Shown piece after piece: positions 8,772-18,000 of a stretch of 64,000 nt of DNA. The position numbers were made by a program, and so were the translations under genes. The notes beneath the pieces were generated by a model. It saw nothing but the letters and a program-made list of their open reading frames with translations, was not told where the DNA came from and made no database searches. Location: positions 119 through 64,118 of the forward strand of contig CAJOFJ010000005.1 of the NCBI GenBank assembly GCA_905233625.1, given 5' to 3'. The DNA is from an uncultured Bacteroidales bacterium. GTDB lineage: Bacteria; Bacteroidota; Bacteroidia; Bacteroidales; WCHB1-69. The stretch's first letter is position 1. Each line of letters opens with the position of its first letter.

Positions 8772-9252
8772 ATATCTGCGAATTACTGTAATATAAATTG
8801 GTGAACGAGAACTGCTGGGTGGTGCTATCACGGAAAACCAGCTGGGCGGGGATGTTCAACCACACCTCATTGTTCTTCTCATCATATTCCACAAACAACG
8901 ATCTTGACGGCATGTTAAAGAAATCCTCGTTCGTCAGGGCTGTGCTGTCAAGAGTGGTGGCGGTGTAGTTATTTCCGCTTATTTGGGAAAGAGAAACTAT
9001 GGTTGATTGAGCACATTCACGGCCATCTCCCATACAATCCATATGGATTAATCTCCCAAATATCATCACACAACCTCTACATTCAGATGCAGAATGCCCC
9101 ATCATCATAGTAAACAAATAAGTTGTCATATCTTTTGCATTATGGTCCATTAATATAGCTGTGGACTCATAATTCGAGACTGGTATCTTGTCTGATTTCT
9201 GACAAGAACAAAAACAGATAATGAACGGAATCGGAATTAAAAATTTTTTCAT
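8758..9252 (-). CDS. Small Cys-rich lipoprotein, hypothetical
   Basis: The internal ATG (cat 9250-9252) gives MKKFLIPIPFIICFCSCQ, a lipobox-like signal with Cys. Its stop overlaps the start of the next minus-strand gene. Confidence 0.7.
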   Translation of the reverse strand: MKKFLIPIPFIICFCSCQKSDKIPVSNYESTAILMDHNAKDMTTYLFTMMMGHSASECRGCVMIFGRLIHMDCMGDGRECAQSTIVSLSQISGNNYTATTLDSTALTNEDFFNMPSRSLFVEYDEKNNEVWLNIPAQLVFRDSTTQQFSFTNLYYSNSQIYEND

Positions 9253-9342
9253 AGGAGTGTTTTTTTGTTTACAGAATTTATTCAAATTTCGATGTGATAA
9301 ATTTCCGAAAAAAAGCAAGCACTTTTACCTCTTTCCATAAAA

Positions 9343-9364
9343 TATGCCGAAATTATGCCGAAAT
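9343..9364. promoter_or_regulatory. Perfect tandem 11-bp direct repeat (TATGCCGAAAT x2) in the divergent promoter region; candidate regulator-binding site
   Basis: tatgccgaaat tatgccgaaat lies between the toxin-operon start (9252, minus) and the LytTR gene (9421, plus). A TAatTTTG -7 box follows at ~9389-9396. Confidence 0.3.
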
Positions 9365-9420
9365 GATTTTTCGCTTAAATAAAAAAACTAATTTTGCATC
9401 CGAAAAAAATTGATGTTATT

Positions 9421-10557
9421 ATGAGTATTGAAATTAAAAGACCAGAAGTTGTCCAAATTTTTTTACACCTTTGTTTCATAGTTGGCGTTATCTTTTTTTT
9501 CAGATATAATTCTTTGCTTAGACCAGCCACACTGGGAGCCCTCTATAAAGAGTACATATCCGCATTATTTATGCTTATAATGATTTATGTCAACTATTTC
9601 TATATTATACCCCATTATTTTCTAAAAAGAGATTATCTTGTCTTCTTATTGTTATCATTGGTTAGTATCTTATTAGCCTCTTTTCTTGAGATGACACTTG
9701 TTACTCCCTATATCAAAGCATCTTTACCATCTTCTTTTAATGAGCAAGATATCCGGATCTCCATAATTATGCATTTTCTTTTTATTAGTGGCAGAAATAC
9801 GGCTTTCTTTCTTTTCTTTTTCATGCTTAAAGTGCTTGAAAATGAAATACAATGCCGTGAGAAGGAACAAATTACCTTGGCTCAGTCAAAAGGCTATATT
9901 TCGGTTCCAACAAGAGATTCCATAAAATATCTCAGCCTTTCTGAGATCTTTTATATAATTCATGAAAAAAACTACTGCTATATCCATACTCAAAATGGGA
10001 ACAACTACAGCAAGTATATTTCACTAATGAAAATGGACGGTTATTTACCTGAAAATCTTTTCATTAGAATTAACAGAAATATAATCATCAATAAAAACAA
10101 TATTGTATCCTGCACAAAGGAAGAAGTCACCATTTATAGTGATTATTCTGGCGAGGAAAAAATCTTCACCTTATCGGAAAAATATGTGCCCAACATGAGA
10201 GAAAAAAACGCATCCGCTGGCGGTTTAAATCACCTGTATGGCGGTTTAAAAGACCGTTTTGGCGGTTTAAATGAAAGTATAGATATGGCCAATTTGGAAA
10301 AATTTATGGACAATATTGCGCATGACGAGGATCTTTTGAACCTATGCCGTATAATAGCAAAAGAACCTTCAGTGACCACGAAAAGCCTATCTGAGCAGTT
10401 GCATATTCCACTTAGAACTATCGAACGGAAAATAAAATATCTTAAAGACAATGGTGTTCTTCAGCATAATGGTGCCAAGAAAAATGGCGGATATGCGTTT
10501 TCTCCTTCTGTGTCTCCCACTGTGTTAAATTGGTTAACAGGCGAACACAACAATTAG
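9421..10557 (+). CDS. Membrane-anchored LytTR DNA-binding protein with an extra C-terminal GGLN-repeat + winged-HTH tail
   Basis: The track ORF starts at TTG 9394; ATG 9421 gives MSIEIK. There are about 4 hydrophobic helices. LytTR core: ISVPTRDSIKYLSLSEIFYIIHEKNYCYIHTQNGNNYSKYISLMKMDGYLPENLFIRINRNIIINKNNI. Tail: GGLNHLYGGLKDRFGGLNE ... LSEQLHIPLRTIERKIKYLKDNGVLQHNG. Confidence 0.8.
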   Translation: MSIEIKRPEVVQIFLHLCFIVGVIFFFRYNSLLRPATLGALYKEYISALFMLIMIYVNYFYIIPHYFLKRDYLVFLLLSLVSILLASFLEMTLVTPYIKASLPSSFNEQDIRISIIMHFLFISGRNTAFFLFFFMLKVLENEIQCREKEQITLAQSKGYISVPTRDSIKYLSLSEIFYIIHEKNYCYIHTQNGNNYSKYISLMKMDGYLPENLFIRINRNIIINKNNIVSCTKEEVTIYSDYSGEEKIFTLSEKYVPNMREKNASAGGLNHLYGGLKDRFGGLNESIDMANLEKFMDNIAHDEDLLNLCRIIAKEPSVTTKSLSEQLHIPLRTIERKIKYLKDNGVLQHNGAKKNGGYAFSPSVSPTVLNWLTGEHNN

Positions 10558-10807
10558 AATTGCAGCCTACTTCCTGTAATTCCCGGAAATACTTCATCAC
10601 ATCATAACCGAGCGCTATGGTACGTTCAGTGTGGTTTTTAGACACATCGGGAGGAATACGGAGAAGACCGCTGTCGAAGTCTATGTCACAAATCCTGAGC
10701 ATCAGTATCTCTTTGGGACGGATTAAATATTTGAAGCACAAGCGAACCATGGCCACATATTCCTTCATATCTCTCTTGTTGTAAATAATAATCGAAAAAT
10801 ATACCAT
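10558..10807 (-). pseudogene. Tyrosine recombinase (phage-integrase family) fragment
   Basis: VAMVRLCFKYLIRPKEILMLRICDIDFDSGLLRIPPDVSKNHTERTIAL resembles the start of an integrase catalytic domain (first Arg box). The HxxR and Tyr regions are absent. The reading frame runs into the 3' end of the LytTR gene. Confidence 0.5.
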
Positions 10808-10983
10808 GTGGGGCCGTTTTATGCGTTATAGGAACAACTCGTAAGAGTGCTGTAAAACGTATGAGAAGTGAAAAACATTCAGTGACAATTGTTGTATAAC
10901 CAAATTTATATATTTTTGCTGTAATATTGAAGTGGTGTACTTTTCGAAAACAATTTGGTATACTTTTCAATTATTATATACAA

Positions 10984-12600
10984 CTATGATCTTGGTATCA
11001 ACAACTTCTGCCCCACTTTCAAGGCATTCATATTGACAATTTTATTGTAATCGGCAATTTTGCGGGCAGTTGTATGATAGCGATTAGCTATGGCAGACAT
11101 TGTGTCACCTTTTTTCACATAATATACCACCGGTGAGTTATCCTGCTCCTGTATCACGGGAGCCTGCAACATGGTCGCTGTTGAATCCTGTGTACTCAAG
11201 CTATCCGTTGGGATCACAGGGACCTGCTCCACCGGTTTCTGCGGAGCCACGTATTCATAGCCTACCAGCAATCGCTGTTTCACCTTTACGCTATTGCTGT
11301 TTAACTTGTTCATCTTTTTCAATTCCGAAACTGACAGGTGATATTTTGCTGCGATTTTGGAAAGGTTATCTCCACTCTTCACATAATAGTAAATCTTTTT
11401 GCTTTCGCCTTCCGCCAAAGGCTTGCCTGTAAACTGGCTGGTGTAAACCTTTACCGGGGTAAAATATTCCTCATAATGGTAATTATGGATGGAATCCTGC
11501 AGCTCGATAAAACGTACCATATCGGTCACCCGCAATCTGATGGGATACGGCTGTGAATAAGCCGGAATAATCAAACGTTTATACTGCGGGTTCAGGGTTT
11601 TCAACTCATCTAAATCGATATTCATCACACGGGCGACCTGTTCAAGGTGCATTTCCTGATGTACCATCACCGTGTCCACCGCACTGGGAATAGCGATTTT
11701 TGCCGCCTGGATACCATAATCATTATGATATTTCATCAAATATAAAGCGCCGATATACAAAGGAAAATAATTCTGGGTTTCGCGCGGCAGATAGGGACTT
11801 ACTTGCCAGAAGGTCTGCTTGCCACCTGAGCGTGCGATAGCCTTGCGCACATTGCCCGCTCCGCAATTGTAGGCCGAAATTGCCAAACCCCAGTCTCCGA
11901 ACATGTTATACAAATCCTTCAGATGTCGCGCCGCCGCATCGGTAGCCTTATAGGGGTCGCGACGATCATCCACAAAAGTATTGACTTCCAAACCGTAAAG
12001 CTTACCTGTCTGGTACATAAACTGCCAAATACCCGTCGCCCCGGCCTTAGATACTGCCAAGGGATTTAATCCGGATTCGATGATCGTCAAATATATCAGT
12101 TCCTCGGGCACATCGTATTTATCAAAAATTGCTTGCATCCATGGAAAATAATATTGAGCGAGACCCAGCATTGCCGCCGAGGATTTTTTTCTTTTGATAG
12201 AATACAACTCAATAAAGCTTCCCACCTTGTTATTGTATGCCAGCGGAACAACCGTCACAATCTTCGACAGGCGATCAGCCATCAGTGAATCGTTGTGGCA
12301 GAAATTCGTCGTGTCGTCAGTAAGTTCCGCCAACACGCTGTTGGCACTGATAATCTCTCGTTGCACATACCACAGATGGAGCATCTCATCCATCTTGCTG
12401 CTTTGTTCCTCAACGCAAGCCTGGATTTCTTCTTCGGAAAGACTGTCCACCCCTGAAGGAGCAGCTTCCTGCACCACCACCTGAGCCCGCAGAGAGAGTC
12501 CCGGACTCAGCAAAAGGACGGATAAGAAAAACGTTATAAGTCTTATATACAACGTATTAATCTTTAATTTCGTAAGTATTCCATTTGATTTCCTTGCCAT
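10984..12600 (-). CDS. mltD: Lytic murein transglycosylase with two LysM domains (MltD-like)
   Basis: SLT motif: ESGLNPLAVSKAGATGIWQFMYQTG. Two LysM domains: YYVKSGDNLSKIAAKYHLSVSELKKMN and YYVKKGDTMSAIANRYHTTARKIADYN. Confidence 0.9.
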   Translation of the reverse strand: MARKSNGILTKLKINTLYIRLITFFLSVLLLSPGLSLRAQVVVQEAAPSGVDSLSEEEIQACVEEQSSKMDEMLHLWYVQREIISANSVLAELTDDTTNFCHNDSLMADRLSKIVTVVPLAYNNKVGSFIELYSIKRKKSSAAMLGLAQYYFPWMQAIFDKYDVPEELIYLTIIESGLNPLAVSKAGATGIWQFMYQTGKLYGLEVNTFVDDRRDPYKATDAAARHLKDLYNMFGDWGLAISAYNCGAGNVRKAIARSGGKQTFWQVSPYLPRETQNYFPLYIGALYLMKYHNDYGIQAAKIAIPSAVDTVMVHQEMHLEQVARVMNIDLDELKTLNPQYKRLIIPAYSQPYPIRLRVTDMVRFIELQDSIHNYHYEEYFTPVKVYTSQFTGKPLAEGESKKIYYYVKSGDNLSKIAAKYHLSVSELKKMNKLNSNSVKVKQRLLVGYEYVAPQKPVEQVPVIPTDSLSTQDSTATMLQAPVIQEQDNSPVVYYVKKGDTMSAIANRYHTTARKIADYNKIVNMNALKVGQKLLIPRS

Positions 12601-14074
12601 CTTTGTACAATGTAGTTAAAAACAGTTCACCATCCTCGTCATACTTGAACCAGGCGCCATCCCGCAAGCCACTCACATAATGACCGGTCAGCTTCACCCT
12701 TCCGTTTTCCCAGTATGAAGTATATTTTCCATGCATCAGATCTTGCTCGTAATGAATCACAGAAGCCGTCTTTCCATCAGGGAAGCGAGCCACCCAAACA
12801 CCTGTTCTCATGCCATCAAAGTAGCTTCCTTTTTCCGAATATTCGCCATTAAAATATATCCACTGACCCTCTTCCGTGCCTTCCACGTATGTCCCTTTGG
12901 ATACGATTCTGCCCTGTTCGTCAAACTCCACAAATTCGCCATCCAGTTCACCGGCATCATAATTGGCCAGCATCATCGTATCTCCATTGGCATAATACCA
13001 AAGCCATTCGCCCGTTTTCCGACCTTTTTGATCGTATGCGCCCTCTATCTCTACCGTTTTGTCCATAAAATAGAACTCCCACGGGCCTACGGGATTGGAA
13101 TTCACGTATTTCCCTTGCGAACGCAATTCACCTGTTTTATAGTATTCTTTCCACAATCCCTGGCGTTTTCCATTCAAATCCACCACCCCTTCGTATCGCA
13201 TCCAGCCATCCTCGTAGCTGTAGCTTTTTACAACCTTTCCATCTTCATCAAACTCGCGACGGACTCCTTCCGGAACACCATTGTAATAAGTCGCTATAAT
13301 CGAAGGCTGTCCGTTGGAATGGTAAGCGACCTTTCTTTCCAACTGTTTGGTTTCCTTGGCATCGGCTACCAACTCGCCCTGCGTATATTTCTCCACCGAC
13401 AGGAAATTGCCGTTTTCATCATAACGTTTAAGGAAGCCATTTATTTTGTCATTCAGGTAGGTCACCTCCATTTTCAGGTTTCCATTCTGCCAAAAATATT
13501 TCCAATTGCCCTGCTTATAGCCAAAATTATCGGTACGGTTGATACGTTCGCGGCGAGTCAGCACCCCTCGGTAAAAATTGGCCACTGCTACCACCAGTCC
13601 TGTATCGTTGAATTCCTTCTCCATACCATGCGGAACTCCCAAGTCGTATGGCGTGGTTTTCTTCAACCAACCATCTGTATGATACGTCTTTACATCACCC
13701 ACTAACGTATCCTCCGACCAATGCTCCACCACATATTCCTGCTTAAAATACTGAATGCGATCACCGTCTTTTTTCCCCATTTTATAACTGATCACCAAAG
13801 TTTTTTCCCCCAGCTCATTATAAAAAGTCCAAATACTGTCTAACTGATGGTTTTTACGATTCCCCTCTGACACCAAAACACCTTGCTCATTATACGACTT
13901 CCACCATCCTTCTGGCTGACCGTCTTGCAGCCATCCCTCGCTGGATTTCTGGCCATTCGGATAATAAAAAACATTGTATCCATTGGGGTCCGGTTGAGAA
14001 TCCTGAGCATAAGTCGGCAACGGCAATGCGAATGCCAACGTCAAAACCAGTAATACCAATAATAATTTATTCAT
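12557..14074 (-). CDS. MORN-repeat-variant protein (YwqK-like), secreted
   Basis: The internal ATG 14074 gives signal peptide MNKLLLVLLVLTLAFALPLPTYAQ. Many repeats of the YYPNGQ..EG....G..EG.W..Y type. Confidence 0.85.
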   Translation of the reverse strand: MNKLLLVLLVLTLAFALPLPTYAQDSQPDPNGYNVFYYPNGQKSSEGWLQDGQPEGWWKSYNEQGVLVSEGNRKNHQLDSIWTFYNELGEKTLVISYKMGKKDGDRIQYFKQEYVVEHWSEDTLVGDVKTYHTDGWLKKTTPYDLGVPHGMEKEFNDTGLVVAVANFYRGVLTRRERINRTDNFGYKQGNWKYFWQNGNLKMEVTYLNDKINGFLKRYDENGNFLSVEKYTQGELVADAKETKQLERKVAYHSNGQPSIIATYYNGVPEGVRREFDEDGKVVKSYSYEDGWMRYEGVVDLNGKRQGLWKEYYKTGELRSQGKYVNSNPVGPWEFYFMDKTVEIEGAYDQKGRKTGEWLWYYANGDTMMLANYDAGELDGEFVEFDEQGRIVSKGTYVEGTEEGQWIYFNGEYSEKGSYFDGMRTGVWVARFPDGKTASVIHYEQDLMHGKYTSYWENGRVKLTGHYVSGLRDGAWFKYDEDGELFLTTLYKDGKEIKWNTYEIKD

Positions 14075-14319
14075 AATGATATAAGAAGACTGCAAATTTA
14101 CTGATTCTTTTCCGTCCAAATGGTTTAACATCCAACGAATAGCTAACAAGAATTTGTGAATAATCAAAATGCTATGGGTTGAGTTAGAAACACTTGAGAT
14201 TTTTCAAAAAATTTTGTTTGTTAAAATGATAAGTATTTATTATTTTTTATTGATTCATATAAATTATTTTGTATTTTTGCAGGCGACAAAATTTTAATTC
14301 TTCAACAAAATAAAAGATT

Positions 14320-17300
14320 ATGAAATCATTTATTATTCAGCGTATTATGCTAATTTTTACCATTATTTCAGCAGGTATTCACCCTGTCTTTTCACAAGAA
14401 AACTGTAGCATTAAACTATCTGCAGACATCCAACACTGCAGCTGTATTAACAATGGTGAAATTATATTTAAATTAACAAAAACAACAACTTGTCAGCTTG
14501 ACACCGACAACATACGTTATTCCTTATATTCGACAGCTAATGGTATCAGCAGTCCCAACAGTTTGTCACCAGTTTTTAACAATCTACCACCAGGAGATTA
14601 TTTTGGAGTAGTAAGTGCATTGAACCATACAGGAGGTGTTGGTCCTGACGCCATCATTCTTCTTCAGGACAGCATAAAATTGACGATAAACAGTTCCTAT
14701 ACAGAACCCCAAATGGGAATTTTGAATAATGAATTCAGTTTGTCCAGCCCCTTTGGAAAAGTACGTTCCATGCCTTGCAAAGCCACCGGTATTGTACAAT
14801 TGAGAATCACAGGAGGCAAGAAACCCTATACGGTCCACGTAATGAAGCTCAGCGGAGGGACCTATCAGAGCTATAAAACACAAACATTTGCCCACCAGCA
14901 ACATCACGGCAGTGATCCTGCCCAAATGGATTATCATGAATATTACAATATAGACAGTCTTTCTGCAGGAAAATATAAAATAAATTTCACAGATGCCTGC
15001 GGTTATTCGCTTCCATATCACGAAGTAGAAGTAGGCGAAGTGCCCGACATGGCAAGTAGTGGAGGCCTGAGTCTTCAAGCCATGAACGATGACGAAGACA
15101 AAAGCAATAGCATTTATATCTCACACTTCAACCTCAACGGAGCGCTCGCTTCCTTTGCTCAGAAAGCGGATTATTACGCACTGCGACAGCGGGACAGCAA
15201 CGAGACCTATTGGGAATACCGATGGATAGACCCCAGTATCAACGGACTTGCACCCGACACCACCGGATGGTCCGATTTTGTCTTTGGCAGGATGGAACAT
15301 AAAATTGACAAAGCGGAAAAATACTGCGATTTGTGGGGAAAAACAGTAAAATTACAAATACACGACGTCGTGTGTGGCAACCGCAAAGAATATGTCATAA
15401 GCATGCAGAAACCTATGATTACGTTTCATTATGCAGAAGGAACGACCACCTACCCCTCGTTAAGTTATGCTTATACAGACTCTTGCGGAAGACATCAATT
15501 CACCGCACAAAAGAAGAAATACAATTATGACTTATACCCATACAACGATGCCAACAAACTGTTCACCGCCAACTTATCTGGAAACAGAAATATCCGTTAC
15601 TATATCACCGATAGTGAAACGGACACCTTGATCATGTATGGTATCACCGAGAAATACGGAGCACGAGCTTTATCCTATCAGAAGACTTTTGAATTTGACA
15701 GCATTTATCACGGCAAAAACGCCAAATTCAAAGTTTTAGATGCTCTCGGATGTATCATTTCCGACCATCCCTTTACCATATCTTCCAAAATCACAGGCAG
15801 CATTTCCAATCCTTCTTTTTACGGATATGGATACAGCGACACCGCCAACTTCTGTGACCACTCCGTATCAACCGAATATTTCAAATTTACTCTTGGACTA
15901 TCCGATTTGGACACCTTTCAAATCAAGGAGAGTCCTGGCGGAATGAGCAATCTGACCATGGTTTACAAATCCGCCATCGGAAATTGGGTCAGATTGGACA
16001 GCAATTCAAATGTAAGTGTAAGTAAATATTTCTCCGACTGGGCGATTAGTGGAATGCGAAGCAATGGACATTTTCGTTTTCGCTATAAAACAGGATGTTA
16101 TGATATAGAAATAGATGAAAATCGTATTTCAAACAACAATGGCATCGGCAAGTATTATGTACCTATATCACCTTCCTACAAAATTGAGCCCAATTGTACG
16201 GGAACACGCATCATACCGCTAAAAGGAAGCTACATACAACATGGTTTCAAAATGGACAACAATGATCCCATCTCGGACAATGTCAGCGCCATCTTCAGAA
16301 TCTATGGAAATCCAAGCGCTCCAAACAATATCACAGGATATTATCATCTTGGCGACACCATTAACATCTCCATTGAGGGTGACATCCGCATTGAGATGTG
16401 CGACCAATACAATTACACCAACCCTGAGCATCTTTGTCATTTCCGCGATACAGTCATCCAATGCGTAAAACCTCAACTTCAATACGACTATTTCTACAGC
16501 TATTGCTGCAAAATAGAAGATTCTGTATCTACCATCAGAACCCGTGCAAAAGGTGGCATTCCACCTTATCTGTACATCATTCGCGACAAGGCTGGAAATT
16601 TGCTGGATTCCAACCGCGTTGGAGATTTCTTTAACGTACCACTCCCGCACCATGACACAGTCTCATTAAAAGTTTTCGACCAATGTGGCACCAGTTTTAT
16701 TTACGAAGGGCAAGTAATTGAACAACAGGAAATTAAAAAGGCATGGTTCAAAAACGGCAGCAACCATCTCATACAAAAGGACAGCAGTCTCTGCCAGCTT
16801 TATGCCATCACCCTCAACAACATCGACTACCACTGGAATGGTCCGGGAGGCTTCAACACTGATGAACAAAATCCTTGCTTCTTCATTCCAGTTGACAGCA
16901 ACATGTCAGGCAAATATTATTTGTCCATCAAGGACTCCGTTTGCGGACTATTGCGAGACAGTCTCACGCTTAAAGTTTTGACCAAGACATATATACCCGG
17001 ATTAGTATGGATTGACGACAGCATTTGCAGTGGCAATAGCTACACTAAATACGGTTTTAACATCCATTCCTCCCCTATCGACACATTGCGAATCCTCTAT
17101 GACACTCTTGTTTCCATCATGGACGACAGCACTTTCCTCAAGCTCACCATTTTACCCGTTTTCAAGCAGCCCCATATCGACAGCATCGTCACTTCTTTCG
17201 ACTCTTATCTTTATGGAGGAATTCTATTGAGTGACACGGGACTGCATGAAATCAAATTCAAGACCGCATGCAGCTGCGACAGCTTGGTTTATGTATACTT

Positions 17301-17898
17301 GATGTTCAGCAAATATTTGCCCTGTCCCGACGCCATTGACTTCGACGGCAAAACTTACCCCGCGACACGCATCAACAAATACTGTTGGATCACAGAAAAC
17401 CTCAACTCTATACATTACAGCGACGGGCGATCTGTTGCCAAAGTTTACGAATATGTTGCTGACCTCCATCCCAACAAAGCCCAAAATGTGAAAATATTCG
17501 GACGATTATACGACTGGTATGCGGCTATTGACACTGGAATCCATGCAACACCTGACATCAATGGAAATGTCCAAGGCATTTGCCCTGATGGCTGGTTACT
17601 CCCCACGAAAGAAGATTTTGCAGAGCTGGACTGCTTTACCGTCTCGCAATTACGTTCGCCCCATTACTGGCTCCTTGATCCAGGCACCAACGAGAGCGGT
17701 TTTTCTTCTTTACCAGCAGGATGTTACGATGCCATGCAACATAGATACACTGACCTATTGGGAAATGCTTATTACTGGTGTTGCCAAAAAGCGGATGACC
17801 CCATGTATTACTTATCCATTTTTCTCACATGCGGACAAACACAACAGACCACCTCTCTATGCAATGGATATAGTGTAAGGTGTTTACAGAAGAATTAA
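14320..17898 (+). CDS. Large secreted protein with SprB-like Cys repeats and a C-terminal FISUMP (Fibrobacter succinogenes major paralogous) domain
   Basis: Signal peptide. SprB-like CKATGIVQLRITGGKKPYTVHV / TRAKGGIPPYLYII. C-terminal DFDGKTYPATRINKYCWITENL...FGRLYDWYAA...CPDGWLLPTKEDFAEL...SGFSSLPAG...GYSVRCLQ. TAttTTTG box at 14272-14279. Confidence 0.85.
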   Translation: MKSFIIQRIMLIFTIISAGIHPVFSQENCSIKLSADIQHCSCINNGEIIFKLTKTTTCQLDTDNIRYSLYSTANGISSPNSLSPVFNNLPPGDYFGVVSALNHTGGVGPDAIILLQDSIKLTINSSYTEPQMGILNNEFSLSSPFGKVRSMPCKATGIVQLRITGGKKPYTVHVMKLSGGTYQSYKTQTFAHQQHHGSDPAQMDYHEYYNIDSLSAGKYKINFTDACGYSLPYHEVEVGEVPDMASSGGLSLQAMNDDEDKSNSIYISHFNLNGALASFAQKADYYALRQRDSNETYWEYRWIDPSINGLAPDTTGWSDFVFGRMEHKIDKAEKYCDLWGKTVKLQIHDVVCGNRKEYVISMQKPMITFHYAEGTTTYPSLSYAYTDSCGRHQFTAQKKKYNYDLYPYNDANKLFTANLSGNRNIRYYITDSETDTLIMYGITEKYGARALSYQKTFEFDSIYHGKNAKFKVLDALGCIISDHPFTISSKITGSISNPSFYGYGYSDTANFCDHSVSTEYFKFTLGLSDLDTFQIKESPGGMSNLTMVYKSAIGNWVRLDSNSNVSVSKYFSDWAISGMRSNGHFRFRYKTGCYDIEIDENRISNNNGIGKYYVPISPSYKIEPNCTGTRIIPLKGSYIQHGFKMDNNDPISDNVSAIFRIYGNPSAPNNITGYYHLGDTINISIEGDIRIEMCDQYNYTNPEHLCHFRDTVIQCVKPQLQYDYFYSYCCKIEDSVSTIRTRAKGGIPPYLYIIRDKAGNLLDSNRVGDFFNVPLPHHDTVSLKVFDQCGTSFIYEGQVIEQQEIKKAWFKNGSNHLIQKDSSLCQLYAITLNNIDYHWNGPGGFNTDEQNPCFFIPVDSNMSGKYYLSIKDSVCGLLRDSLTLKVLTKTYIPGLVWIDDSICSGNSYTKYGFNIHSSPIDTLRILYDTLVSIMDDSTFLKLTILPVFKQPHIDSIVTSFDSYLYGGILLSDTGLHEIKFKTACSCDSLVYVYLMFSKYLPCPDAIDFDGKTYPATRINKYCWITENLNSIHYSDGRSVAKVYEYVADLHPNKAQNVKIFGRLYDWYAAIDTGIHATPDINGNVQGICPDGWLLPTKEDFAELDCFTVSQLRSPHYWLLDPGTNESGFSSLPAGCYDAMQHRYTDLLGNAYYWCCQKADDPMYYLSIFLTCGQTQQTTSLCNGYSVRCLQKN

Positions 17899-18000
17899 CC
17901 GATTTATCGTGTTCCATTTTTATCGGAAAGGATAAAAATTTTCAAAAAACATTCAAAGTGAAAAATTATATTTATCTTTGCATTTTAAACTTGCAACATC

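Noticed and set aside
10686-10970. 94-aa minus-strand ORF upstream of the integrase fragment
   Set aside because: It has no recognisable motif. It overlaps the integrase-like frame and probably represents out-of-frame debris of the same decayed gene, so it is not called as a gene.
12731-13705. 324-aa plus-strand ORF
   Set aside because: It lies entirely antisense to the well-supported MORN-repeat gene. Its composition is low-complexity and hydrophobic, with no motifs, so it is a shadow ORF. The same reasoning applies to 27662..28516(+), 35653..36210(+), 44673..45278(+), 47931..48638(+), 50948..51790(-), 55731..56567(+) and 59403..60449(+).
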